64,000 nt of DNA from an uncultured Chloroflexia bacterium (GCA_963722105.1 CAVRKQ010000004.1:196335-260334), one strand, 5' to 3'; positions 1 through 9,736 are shown, counted from the stretch's first letter. Program-made: numbers and translations. Notes: generated by a model not told the origin, from the letters alone.

Positions 1-323
1 AACGCGATCATGGCAGCGGTGAACGTGATCACCATCTGGACCGGGGCGGCCCAGAGGACTGCAGGGTGCTCGCGCCGGAGCTCACGCAGGTCGACCTCGA
101 TGCCGACCTCGAAAAGCAGGAGGATCGCGCCGACCTCGGCGAACAGGCTGACCTGTGATCCGTCGGCCACGTAGCCGGGCGTGAACGGCGAGATCGCGAT
201 CCCGACCGCGAGGTACCCCACGATCGCCGGCAGGGAAACTCGCCGCGCCAGCCAGCCCGCTGCGGCGGCCATGAGCAGGATGGCCCCGACCTCGAGGACG
301 GTGACGGCCGTGGTGTGGTCCAC
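1..323 (-). CDS. Cation:proton antiporter (CPA2/KefB-like), N-terminal part; runs off the window
   Basis: Manual translation from GTG at 323: MDHTTAVTVLEVGAILLMAAAAGWLARRVSLPAIVGYLAVGIAISPFTPG...FAEVGAILLLFEVGIEVD, with typical CPA2 motifs. Not in the ORF track. Confidence 0.85.
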   Translation of the reverse strand, partial: MDHTTAVTVLEVGAILLMAAAAGWLARRVSLPAIVGYLAVGIAISPFTPGYVADGSQVSLFAEVGAILLLFEVGIEVDLRELRREHPAVLWAAPVQMVITFTAAMIA

Positions 324-417
324 GTCGCGAATGGTACGGAACGGCTGCGAGGCAGTTGTTCGGTGATCGGTCGCCGGCGGACCGCCGCGGCAATCGCCGA
401 CCTGTCAGCGTTGCAGC

Positions 418-621
418 ATGTTCGGAGCGATCGGCAAGTTCCTGCTGTTCCGCGTCCTCGGAGCGCGCGTCATGCTCGCGCTGACGTTGCTCGGGATCGT
501 TCGCCGCCTGCTCGGCGGACGACGGAAGGACGGGGCGCCGCCGTCAGCGACGGGAGGCGCAGCCTCGGCCTACCAGCCCTCCCAGGGATCGTCGCAGACC
601 GTGCATCGGGACCCGCGGTAG
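418..621 (+). CDS. Small hypothetical protein with hydrophobic/basic N-terminus (67 aa)
   Basis: ORF MFGAIGKFLLFRVLGARVMLALTLLGIVRRLLGG; amphipathic N-terminus; CAGCGT 6 nt upstream of the ATG. Confidence 0.55.
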   Translation: MFGAIGKFLLFRVLGARVMLALTLLGIVRRLLGGRRKDGAPPSATGGAASAYQPSQGSSQTVHRDPR

Positions 622-827
622 CGGCTCCAGCCCTTCTCGGCGTCGGTCTCCCAGCCATCGCGCCAGCGGTGCGCGCCGAGCGCGTGAAGCGCCAACCAGG
701 CGGTGTCGAGGATCCGGGTCGCGATGTCCGTCTGGAGCCTGGCCACGCGAGCCGTCACGGAAGGCTGGGCCAGCGGTGCGACGTACGCACGCGGCTTCGA
801 CGACATCGAGCGATCCGGAATCGGCAT
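570..827 (-). CDS. Small hypothetical protein with H-x-W...CxxC motif (start may be the second Met)
   Basis: ORF ends LGAHRWRDGWETDAEKGWSRYRGSRCTVCDDPWEGW; Trp/Cys-rich composition unlike shadow ORFs. Confidence 0.5.
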   Translation of the reverse strand: MPIPDRSMSSKPRAYVAPLAQPSVTARVARLQTDIATRILDTAWLALHALGAHRWRDGWETDAEKGWSRYRGSRCTVCDDPWEGW

Positions 828-976
828 CTGGGAGCCTCGGATTCGGTGGATCCTGCCGAGAGTCTTGCAGAATCGTGACAGTCTCGAAGGCTAAGCCTGC
901 GCACGTGGCGGTTCTGTCTCCTTCGGAACAGATGGAGTGACCCGTCTGTAACCCTGCGACGTAGAACGTTGTACCC

Positions 977-1777
977 ATGGCCAGCACCGACATCGCGGGT
1001 GCGAGCGGCATGCCGGGTTCGCGGTTGCTCGCGACGCTCCCCCAACGCGACATCGATCACCTCCGGGGCGACCTGGAGCGGGTCCGGCTCGACGCGGAGC
1101 GCTCACTTGTCCACGCGCACGCGCCGGTCAGGCGCGTGTTCTTCCCCGAATCTGGCCTCGTGGCCCTGTCCGTGACGATGTCCGACGGTCGAACCGCCGG
1201 CGTGACGATCGTCGGCTCGGAGGGCATCGTCGGCATCGCCGCGGCGCTCGGCGAGACCGGCGTGATGGACGCGGCGGTGCTCGTTCCGGGCATCGCCCAG
1301 TCGATGTCGGCCGAGCGCTTCCGGGCGGCCATGCGCTCCAGCGAGACGCTCAGGCGGTGCGTGGATCGCTACGCGATCGCGCTCCTCGGCCACCTTGGCC
1401 AGACCGTGGCCTGCAACCGGCTCCACAGCCTCGATCAGCGCGCGGCGCGGTGGCTCCTGCTCGCCCGGGATCGCATGAACAGCTCGTCCTTCCCGCTGAC
1501 CCAGGAGTCGTTCGCCGACCTGCTCGGCGTCTCGCGCCCGGCCGTCTCGACGGTCGGCGCCCGCTTCGCCCGCGAGGGCGCCGCGGAGTTCCGGCGCGGC
1601 ACGGTCCACGTCCTCGACCCGACGTTGCTCGAGAAGGCCAGCTGCGAGTGCCTCGCATCCGATCGCGAGCTGCTCGTGCCCACCGCCGCGCCGGTGGAGA
1701 GCGGCCGCCGGCTCCCCCGCAACCTCCCGCGCACCGCGCTGGGAATGATCCGGCCCGAGATCAGACGGGCCCGCTGA
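977..1777 (+). CDS. Crp/Fnr family transcriptional regulator
   Basis: cNMP-binding-like N-terminal region; ARWLLLARDR...LTQESFADLLGVSRPAVS HTH; C-terminal SCEC motif. Confidence 0.92.
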   Translation: MASTDIAGASGMPGSRLLATLPQRDIDHLRGDLERVRLDAERSLVHAHAPVRRVFFPESGLVALSVTMSDGRTAGVTIVGSEGIVGIAAALGETGVMDAAVLVPGIAQSMSAERFRAAMRSSETLRRCVDRYAIALLGHLGQTVACNRLHSLDQRAARWLLLARDRMNSSSFPLTQESFADLLGVSRPAVSTVGARFAREGAAEFRRGTVHVLDPTLLEKASCECLASDRELLVPTAAPVESGRRLPRNLPRTALGMIRPEIRRAR

Positions 1778-1791
1778 CAGGAGGTCTTCCT

Positions 1792-2127
1792 TCAGCTCCG
1801 CCGGGGCTGACGCGCGACCAGATCGGCGTCCTCCGGATGCCGTTCGAAGTGGGCGACGAAGAACGGGCAGCGCGGCGTGACCTTGACGTTCGCCGCGCGT
1901 GCGTCGTCGAGGACTCGCCGAACGAGCGCTGACGCGATCCCGCGGCCGCCGAACTCGGGAAGCACCTCGGTGTGGAGCGCGACGATCCGGCCCTGCACGC
2001 GCCCGTACTCCACCCAGCCGGCGACTTCCCCGTCGATCCGGGCCTCGTAGCGCCGCTCGGCGACGTTGTCCGAGATGTCCGGCGCGGGGGGATCCGGCTT
2101 GGAAGCGGGCGTGGGGTCGGTCGTCAT
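1792..2127 (-). CDS. GNAT family N-acetyltransferase (YjdJ-like)
   Basis: RRYEARIDG...HTEVLPEFGGRGIASALVRRVLDDAR...VTPRCPF; ATGA overlap with the ndh stop. Confidence 0.9.
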   Translation of the reverse strand: MTTDPTPASKPDPPAPDISDNVAERRYEARIDGEVAGWVEYGRVQGRIVALHTEVLPEFGGRGIASALVRRVLDDARAANVKVTPRCPFFVAHFERHPEDADLVARQPRRS

Positions 2128-3464
2128 GCGGGCGGCTCCGGTTCCTCGATGTCGGGCAGGAGCGGCTGCCCCGTGATCAGGCGCGAGCCCCGACCGTGGG
2201 TCAGGAAGCTCCAGGCCCATTTCGTGAGCACCACGAGGCGATTCGCAAAGCCGATCAGGTAGGCGATGTGGATCCCGAGCCAGAGCAGCCAGGCGAGGAA
2301 CCCGCCGGTCTGCCCGAACGGGCCCAGCCACGGAATGTTGGTGACGCCGGACAGCCGGCCGATCACCGCGACCTCGCCGCGGTTGCTGAACCGGAATGGC
2401 GCCGGCGTCTCGCCGTCCAGGCGGGCCAGGATGGCGCCTCCGACGTACTTCCCGGGCTGGATGCCACCCTGGGCGACGCCGGGCACTGGCTGGTCCGGCT
2501 TCCAGGGCTGGACCGCCGCGTCGCCGATCACGAAGATCTCAGGATGGCCCGGGATCGTGAGATCCCGCCCGACCTTGATCCGGCCTGCCTTGTCCGTCTC
2601 CGCGGCGAGCGCCTCGGCGACCTTGCGCGCGAACGACGAGGCCTGGACTCCGGCGGCCCACAGCACGGTGTGGGCGTGGATCGGCTCCGCCGGCCCGCCG
2701 GCCGCCGGCTCGACCGTGACCGTGTGCTCGCCGATGTCGGTGACCCGCACGCTGGTGCGGACATCGACGCCGAGGCGCTGGAGCTGCCGCCGGGCCGACT
2801 TCGATCGGCCCTTCGGGTAGGTCGGGAGGACGCGGTCCAGCGCCTCGACCAGGATGATCCGGGCGTCCGGCGGGAAGATCGACCGGAAGTCGCGCTTCAG
2901 GGTGTCGTTTGCGATCTCGCCGAGCGCACCGGCGAGCTCCACACCGGTTGGACCGCCACCGACGACCACGAACGTCATCCACTCCTGCCGACGCTCGGGG
3001 ACGTGCTCGCGCTCGGCGGCCTCGAAGGCGATCAGGATGCGGCGCCGGATCTCCGTCGCGTCGTCGATCGACTTCAGCCCCGGCGCGAATCCCGCCCACT
3101 CGTCGTGGCCGAAGTAGCCGTGGCGCGCGCCGGTCGCGACGACGAGAGTGTCGTAGGCGATCGGGCCACCGTCCGAGAGCAGGACCTCGCGGCGCTCCGG
3201 ATCCAGCCCGACTGCCTCGCCGAGCAGGACGGTCGTGTTGCGGTGCTTGCGGAGGATCGCGCGCAGCGGGTGGGCGATCTCACCCGGCGCGAGGGCGCCC
3301 GTCGCGACCTGGTAGAGCAGCGGCTGGAAGGTGTGGTGGTTGCGACGGTCGACGAGCGTCAGGTCGATCCGATCGTCTCGCCCGAGGCGACGCGCGGCGT
3401 AGAGCCCCCCGAATCCCCCGCCGACGATCGTGACCCGATGGCGGGTCTGGCTGGCCGTCTGCAC
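2124..3464 (-). CDS. ndh: Type II NADH:quinone oxidoreductase
   Basis: GGGFGG FAD motif, HTFQPLLYQVATG, second GGGPTGVELAG motif, C-terminal WLLWLGIHI; start placed at GTG 3464. Confidence 0.92.
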   Translation of the reverse strand: MQTASQTRHRVTIVGGGFGGLYAARRLGRDDRIDLTLVDRRNHHTFQPLLYQVATGALAPGEIAHPLRAILRKHRNTTVLLGEAVGLDPERREVLLSDGGPIAYDTLVVATGARHGYFGHDEWAGFAPGLKSIDDATEIRRRILIAFEAAEREHVPERRQEWMTFVVVGGGPTGVELAGALGEIANDTLKRDFRSIFPPDARIILVEALDRVLPTYPKGRSKSARRQLQRLGVDVRTSVRVTDIGEHTVTVEPAAGGPAEPIHAHTVLWAAGVQASSFARKVAEALAAETDKAGRIKVGRDLTIPGHPEIFVIGDAAVQPWKPDQPVPGVAQGGIQPGKYVGGAILARLDGETPAPFRFSNRGEVAVIGRLSGVTNIPWLGPFGQTGGFLAWLLWLGIHIAYLIGFANRLVVLTKWAWSFLTHGRGSRLITGQPLLPDIEEPEPPA

Positions 3465-3498
3465 GACCCCATTGTCGGCGAGACGCCCTGTCAGGGTG

Positions 3499-4086
3499 CT
3501 AGCGGACCCTCGTCGGGGCGCCCGGCGCCCAGGTGTGGACCGGATGGTTGTTCGTCGAGCCGGCGTCGGGGCGAATCCCGATCCGCCTGGCACCGTCCGC
3601 CCGCTGGAGCGCCACGTCGATGGCGTCCTTCAGCTGACGGCCCGCGGGCACGCGCCGGAGCCACTCGAGGAACGGCGGGTCGACGCGCGCGACCTGGCCG
3701 AGCGTCCAGCCGTCGTAGCGCCCGAATGTCAGCAGCGGACCGAACGGCTCGCCCTGCGGCGGACCGGCATGGTCATCGGCGGGAGCGGCGCGGTGCGACA
3801 CGTGCGACGCGGGGGCGGACGCAGCCGGGCCGGCCGAGCTGCCCTGGGATGCGGCGGCCATCGCCGGGCCCTGGTGGCGACCCGCGAGCTGGCGGTCGTA
3901 CTCGGCACGAAGGCGAGCGTTGCCGAGGATCGCCCAGGCGTGGTTGAGGCGCTTCATCTCCTCGTCGTCACCTTCGACGTCCGGGTGGAAGATGCGGGCC
4001 AGCACGCGGTAGGCCGCCTGGATCACGAGCGAGTTCGCGGCAGGATCGACCTGGAGGACGCGGTAGAGGTTCTCGCGCTCTGCCAT
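3499..4086 (-). CDS. J-domain (DnaJ-type) protein with small C-terminal FGRYxG domain
   Basis: LYRVLQVDP...AYRVLARIFHPD...LNHAWAILGNARLRAEYD; C-terminal LLTFGRYDGWTLGQVARVDPPFLEWL. Confidence 0.88.
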   Translation of the reverse strand: MAERENLYRVLQVDPAANSLVIQAAYRVLARIFHPDVEGDDEEMKRLNHAWAILGNARLRAEYDRQLAGRHQGPAMAAASQGSSAGPAASAPASHVSHRAAPADDHAGPPQGEPFGPLLTFGRYDGWTLGQVARVDPPFLEWLRRVPAGRQLKDAIDVALQRADGARRIGIRPDAGSTNNHPVHTWAPGAPTRVR

Positions 4087-4176
4087 CGCCGGAGAGCATG
4101 CGCGACCGGTGCGCGGCGGTTCAGGGCTCGTGGGTACCGAGCAGGGCGGTACGAACGGCCCGGTTCAGCAGGCCCG

Positions 4177-6974
4177 CTACTTGTCGTTCGCGACCAGGGA
4201 CGACTGCGACGCGAGGGTCGCCTGCGCCGCCGCAAGGCGAGCCACCGGGACCCGGAACGGCGAGCAGCTGACGTAGTCGAGGCCGATCTTCTCGACCTTG
4301 GCGATCGACTCGGGGTCGCCGCCGTGCTCGCCGCAGATCCCGACCTCGAGCCCGGGGCGCGTTGCCCGGCCCTTGTCGACCGCGATCTTCATCAGCCCGG
4401 CGACCGCGTCGTCGAGCGTCTGGAACGGGTTGACGGGCAGGATCTTGTCCTCGACGTACTTGAGCAGGAACCCGCCCTCGGCATCGTCGCGGGAGAAGCC
4501 GAACGTCATCTGGGTGAGGTCGTTGGTGCCGAAGCTGAAGAACTCAGCCTCGCGCGCGATCTCGTCGGCGGTGAGGGCGCCGCGCGGGACCTCGATCATC
4601 GTGCCGAACTTGTAGTCGACCTTCACGCCGGCCTTCTGCTCGACAGCCTTGGCCTCCGTCTCCAGGAGGCCCTTCGTCACCGACAGCTCGTTCACGTGGC
4701 CGACGAGCGGGATCATGATCTTGGCGATCGGGTTGCCACCGGCCTTCTTGACCGCGATCTGGGCGTTCAGGATGGCCCGCGTCTGGACCTTCACGAAGTC
4801 CGGGATCATCAGCCCGAGGCGGACGCCCCGGAGCCCGAGCATCGGGTTCTGCTCGTGCATCGACTGGATCGTCCGGAGGAGCTCGCGGTCCTCCTCAGAG
4901 GCGTTCCCGGCCGACTCGGCGCGGGTGACCTTGACCAGCTGCTCCTCGAGGTTCGGCAGGAACTCGTGGAGCGGCGGGTCGATCAGGCGGATGACCACGG
5001 GCAGGCTGTCCATGGCCTTGAAGATGCCCTCGAAGTCGCCCTGCTGGAGGACCTCGAGCTTGGCCATCGCGTCGTCGAAGGTCGCGATCGCCTCGCGCTC
5101 GTCGTCACTCAGCGCCTCGCCGGCGGCGGTCTTGGCCTTGGCCCGCGTCGCCACGCTGGCGACGAGGATCGCGCCGCGCACGATCTCCAGCCGGTCGCCC
5201 TCGCGGAACATGTGCTCGGTCCGGCAGAGCCCGATGCCCTCCGCGCCATAGCCGCGGGCCTGGGCGGCCTCCTCGGGCTTGTCGGCGTTGGTCCAGACAC
5301 CCATGCGCCGGATCTCATCGGCCCAGCCGAGGATCCTCTGGAGCTCGGGCTGGTCCTCGAACCGGGCCTGGACGGTCGGCAGCTGGCCGAGGTAGAGGTC
5401 GCCGGTCGTCCCGTCGAGCGAGAGCCAGTCGCCCTCGTCGAAGTCGATGCCGGTGATCGCGCACGCCGCCGACTTGTCCGCGTAGTTCACGTCCAGCGCC
5501 GCCGAGCCCGCGACACACGGCTTGCCGATCTGGCGCGCGACGACCGCCGCGTGCGAGGTCGCCCCGCCGCGGGCCGTGATGATGCCTTCGGCGACGGCCA
5601 TGCCGTGGAAGTCGTCCGGTGACGTCTCGATCCTGACGAGGATGACCTTCTCGCCCTTGTTGACCCATTCGACGGCCGTGTCGGCGTCGAAGACGGCCTT
5701 GCCGACCGCAGCGCCCGGCGAGGCGTTGAGGCCCTTGACGATCCGCTTCGCGGTCTTGAGCGCCGAGGGGTCGAACGTCGCACGCAGCAGCTGGTCGACC
5801 TGGGCGGGCTCGATCCGGCTGACCGCGTCGGTCTTCGAGATGAGGCCCTCGTCGACCATGTCCGTGGCGATCTTCACCGCGGCAGCCGCGGTCCGCTTCG
5901 CATCGCGGGTCTGGAGCATGTAGAGGCGCCCGCGCTCGATCGTGAACTCCAGGTCCTGGACGTTCCGGTAGTGCTTCTCCAGCTGCCGACCGATCCGGTT
6001 GAACTCGTCGTAGACCGCCGGCATGTCGTCCTGGAGCTGGCTGATCGCCGCCGGGGTCCGGATGCCCGCGACGACGTCCTCGCCCTGGGCGTTCGGTGAG
6101 GTACTCGCCGAAGAGCTTGTTCTCGCCGGTGTTGGGGTCGCGGGTGAAGGCCACGCCGGTGCCGGAGTCGTCGCCCATGTTGCCGAAGACCATCGTCACC
6201 ACGTTCACGGCCGTGCCGAGGTCGTGGGCGATCTTCTGGCTGTTGCGGTAGTCGTTGGCGCGCTTCCCGAACCAGCTGGCGAACACGGCCTTGATCGCGA
6301 GGTCCAGCTGCTCGTACGGGATCGGTCGGGAAGTCGCGGCCGGTATCGGCCTTCACGACGTCCTTGAACTCGGCGACGAGGGCCTTGAGGTCGTCGACCG
6401 TCAGGTCCGTGTCGCGCGCGTCCTTGCCGTGGGCGTGCTTCCGGGCCTCGAGGGGCTCGTCGAAGCGCTCGGCCTTCACGTCCATGACGATCCGGCCGAA
6501 CATCTGGATGAACCGCCGGTAGGCGTCCCACCCGAACCGCTCGTTGCCGGTCAGCTTGACGAGGCCGTCGAGGGTCGCCTCGTTGAGCCCGAGGTTGAGG
6601 ACGGTGTCCATCATCCCGGGCATCGAGAACTTGGCGCCGGAGCGGACGCTCACCAGGAGCGGGTTCGCGGGGTCGCCGAAGCCCTTGCCGGTCCGACGCT
6701 CGACCTCGCGCATCGCCTGGAGGACGTCGTCCCAGAGGCCGTCGGGGAGCTTCTCGCCGGCGGCGAAGTAGTCGTTGCAGGCAGCCGTGGTGATCGTGAA
6801 GCCGGGCGGCGTCGGCAGGCCGGCCTTGGTCATCTCGGCGAGGCCGGCGCCCTTGCCGCCGAGGAGGTCCTTCATCTGCCCGTTGCCCTCGGCCGTGCCC
6901 TCGCCCCAGGCGTAGATGTAGCGCTTGGCCGCCTTGTGGGCGCGCTCGGGGGCGGTCGGGGCTTTCGTGGCCAT
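4177..6974 (-). CDS. ppdK: Pyruvate, phosphate dikinase (two apparent frameshifts near 6330 and 6090)
   Basis: LLGGKGAGLAEM, LVSVRSGAKFSMPGMMDT, GGATSHAAVVAR (phospho-His), GIGLCRTEHMF, FSFGTNDLTQ, spread over three frames. Confidence 0.95.
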
Positions 6975-7039
6975 GCGGGCGGGGCTCCCTTCGGGCGGAC
7001 GCGGCAGCTCGTGCCGCTCGTTCGTTGCGGTGCGCAGGA

Positions 7040-7045
7040 ATTGTA
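7040..7045 (-). promoter_or_regulatory. Putative -10 box (TACAAT) for ppdK
   Basis: attgta on the + strand about 65 nt upstream of the ppdK ATG, in the divergent ppdK/fpr gap. Confidence 0.5.
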
Positions 7046-7085
7046 GCCGCGACCCCACGCGGCAAGCCGGGGCGGACACGGCGGC

Positions 7086-7091
7086 TACTAT
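7086..7091 (+). promoter_or_regulatory. Putative -10 box (TACTAT), leaderless fpr transcript
   Basis: TACTAT, 7 nt spacer, then ATG 7099; no SD. Confidence 0.6.
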
Positions 7092-7098
7092 CGCGGGC

Positions 7099-7936
7099 AT
7101 GCTCGAGACGGACGAGCGCGTCATCCTGCCCGACGCGCCGCAGTACAACGCCTCGCTGGTGCGGCGCGAGGACGCGACCGAGTCGCTGTCGACCTTCTGG
7201 GTTCGGTTCGATGGCGAGGCGACGCCGTTCGAATCCGGCCAGTACATGACGATCGGCGTCTTCGTCGAGGATCCCACGACCCCCACGGGCACGCCGGATC
7301 GTCCAGCGCCCCTACTCGGTGGCCTCGGACCCCGGCGTGGCCGGCTCCGAGGGCTACGAGATGTACGTCCGGCTGGTCGAGGGCGGCCTGTTCACGCCGC
7401 TCCTGTGGCGCCTCCCGCTGGAGCACCGGATGCGGATGATCGGCCCGAAGGGCAAGTTCACCCTCGAGCCCGACGACGACCGGACCCACCTCTTCATCTC
7501 GTCGGGCACGGGCAATGCCCCGTTCGTCTCGATGATGAAGCGGACGATGCGCGAGGGGCGCCCGCGGAAGGCCGTGTTCCTGAACGGCGTCTCGTATGCC
7601 CGGGACCTCGGCTACCGAGAGCTCATCGAGGGTTGGCAGGCCAGCGGCGAGTACCCGGTCACGTTCGTCCCGACGGTGTCCCGCCCGAACGCTCCCGAGA
7701 ATGCCGGCTGGGACGGCCGCTGGGGCCGGGTCGAATCGATCGTCGGGCCGGTCTGCGACGAGCTCGGCCTCACGCCGGACGACACGATCGCCTACATCTG
7801 TGGCAACCCGGACATGATTCTCGCCGCCGAGGAGACGCTCCTGGGCCGCGGCTTCCCGGAGCCGCAGGTCAAGAAGGAGCTCTACTGGCCGAAGGGCAAG
7901 GAGCCGACCGGCGGCGGGACGTCCACGGACGAGTAG
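7099..7936 (+). CDS. fpr: Ferredoxin/flavodoxin-NADP+ reductase (one frameshift near 7300)
   Basis: FESGQYMTIG; R(P)YSVAS once the frames are joined; ISSGTGNAPFVSM; YICGNPDM; KELYW. Confidence 0.88.
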
Positions 7937-8074
7937 GGCGGCGGTCCTGCCCCGGCCGGTTGCCAACTTGGCGCAACTTCACGATGACACGGCATCCTTG
8001 CGCCGCCGATAGTCCGTTTCGTCGCCATCTGCCTCGGGCAGGGCGCGAACGACAGCTCGGAGGTAGGTGAAGCC

Positions 8075-8647
8075 GTGATCCGCGAACGGATGCTCAGCAC
8101 GCTCGTCGCAACAGGACTCCTCATCGCCGCCTGCGGCGGCAGCACCCCGACCACCGCACCCGGCCAGACCGCGGCCGGCGGTCCGACATCGGGTCCCGCG
8201 ACGGACGGGGCCCCGGCAGCGACCGACGGGCCCGCCGCGACGCCCGGTGGCGGTTCCGGGACTGGACAGGCCTGCGACCTGCTCACGACGGAGGAGGTCG
8301 AAGCGGCAACGGGCCGGCCCGACATCGAGGCCCAGCCGGTTGGCGCCGCAGAGACCGACGCATCGTCGGCCTGTGCGTTCGTGTCCGCAGGCGTGCTGCC
8401 CGCGGTGATCGTCTCGATCCTCGATCCGGCCAACACGAACACCGATCCTTCGGGCTACCTGTCGCTGCCCGGCTCGGTCGAGGTGGCTGTCTCTGGCGCT
8501 CGGGCCGTCTACGCTCCCGCGGCCGGCTTCGTGATGCTCGTCTTCAAGGGCAGCACCGTCGCCACGATCCAGATCGCGGCGCCGAAGGACGACGACTTCC
8601 AGAAGACCGGTGAGGCGCTCGCGCAGAAGGTCGCGGACCGCCTCTGA
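8075..8647 (+). CDS. Putative lipoprotein (DUF3558-like)
   Basis: Signal peptide with lipobox LIAAC; T/P/G linker; ACDLLTTEEV motif and second Cys in SACAF; GGAGG SD upstream. Confidence 0.75.
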   Translation: MIRERMLSTLVATGLLIAACGGSTPTTAPGQTAAGGPTSGPATDGAPAATDGPAATPGGGSGTGQACDLLTTEEVEAATGRPDIEAQPVGAAETDASSACAFVSAGVLPAVIVSILDPANTNTDPSGYLSLPGSVEVAVSGARAVYAPAAGFVMLVFKGSTVATIQIAAPKDDDFQKTGEALAQKVADRL

Positions 8648-8660
8648 AGGTCGGCGACGC

Positions 8661-9614
8661 CTACGCCGTGCGGCCCAGGATCTCCAGCAGCATCCGGTTG
8701 AACTTCGGCTCGTCCGCATCCATCGCGAAATGGACGTTCGCGGGCTTGCCGCTGCGGAATCGGAAGTCGCAGACCGTGCGACCGAGCGAGAGCTCCGCGT
8801 GGATCTCGACGTCCACCGGGATGTGCTCGGTCGTCAGGATCGACGGGTCGATGATGGCGCACACCGCGAGCGCGTCATGGACGGGAGCCGCGAGGGCGTC
8901 GCCGCGACGGGGCATCGGCTGGGTCGCGTCGTAGCCGTCGATCCGCTGGAGGACGAACCGCGCCGCGGCCTCGCCCGCGGGCGTGCCGAGGGCCCGGAGC
9001 TGCGCGGCATCCTCGGTCGAGACGAGCGCCCGATGGGTCGCGTCGAGCGGGACCATTCGGATCGGGCGGCCGCAGTTGACGACGATCCTGGCGGCCTCCG
9101 GATCGAGCCAGATGTTGAACTCGGCCGACGCCGTGATGTTCCCGTGGTCATGGGCCCCGCCCATGATCACGATCTCGGGGATCGCATCCAGGATCCGGGG
9201 CTCCTTCTGGATCGCCATCGCGATGTTCGTGAGCGGCCCGACCGGGCACAGGACGATGTCGCCGTTCGAGGCGAGATACGTCTCGATCAGCCAGTCGACG
9301 GCGTGCCCCTCCTGGAGCTTCGCGCCGTTCGAGATCTCCGGCAGGTCGAGCATGTCGCCGTGGATCCGCGTGGCCATGCCGCGCTTGACGTCCGTGCGCA
9401 CGAGCGGGCGATCGACACCTCGATAGACCGGCACCTCGGGCATCCCGATGAAGTCGAAGATCCGGAGGGTGTTCTCCGTCGTGTAGTCGAGGGTCGTGTT
9501 GCCGTTGACGCTCGTCGCGCCCACGAGCTCGATGTCCGGCGAGAGGGCCGCGGTCATGAGCGCCACGGCGTCGTCCGTGCCGGTGTCGACGTCGAGGATC
9601 ACCTTCGTGGGCAT
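8661..9614 (-). CDS. Nucleoside hydrolase (IU-NH/Rih family)
   Basis: DVDTGTDDAVAL, GPLTNIA, AEFNIWLDPEAA, VHDALAV. Confidence 0.95.
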   Translation of the reverse strand: MPTKVILDVDTGTDDAVALMTAALSPDIELVGATSVNGNTTLDYTTENTLRIFDFIGMPEVPVYRGVDRPLVRTDVKRGMATRIHGDMLDLPEISNGAKLQEGHAVDWLIETYLASNGDIVLCPVGPLTNIAMAIQKEPRILDAIPEIVIMGGAHDHGNITASAEFNIWLDPEAARIVVNCGRPIRMVPLDATHRALVSTEDAAQLRALGTPAGEAAARFVLQRIDGYDATQPMPRRGDALAAPVHDALAVCAIIDPSILTTEHIPVDVEIHAELSLGRTVCDFRFRSGKPANVHFAMDADEPKFNRMLLEILGRTA

Positions 9615-9626
9615 GCGGCGCAGTCT

Positions 9627-9643
9627 GCCTGATTCGATCAGGC
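9627..9643. promoter_or_regulatory. Inverted repeat GCCTGAT-N3-ATCAGGC abutting the -10 box (CAGACT, 9622-9627) of the nucleoside hydrolase gene
   Basis: Perfect 7-bp arms read directly from the sequence; operator versus terminator role is unknown. Confidence 0.4.
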
Positions 9644-9736
9644 GGCGACGGCGTTGTAGACCCAGAGCGCCAAGGCAACGCCCACCACGATCGCCGCCAG
9701 CGTCGCGACGAGGAGCCAGCGTGGCTGGAGGCCCAT
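9638..9736 (-). CDS. Unannotated 32-aa single-pass membrane microprotein
   Basis: MGLQPRWLLVATLAAIVVGVALALWVYNAVAA*; the ATG overlaps the upstream TGA (TGATG). Confidence 0.65.
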   Translation of the reverse strand: MGLQPRWLLVATLAAIVVGVALALWVYNAVAA

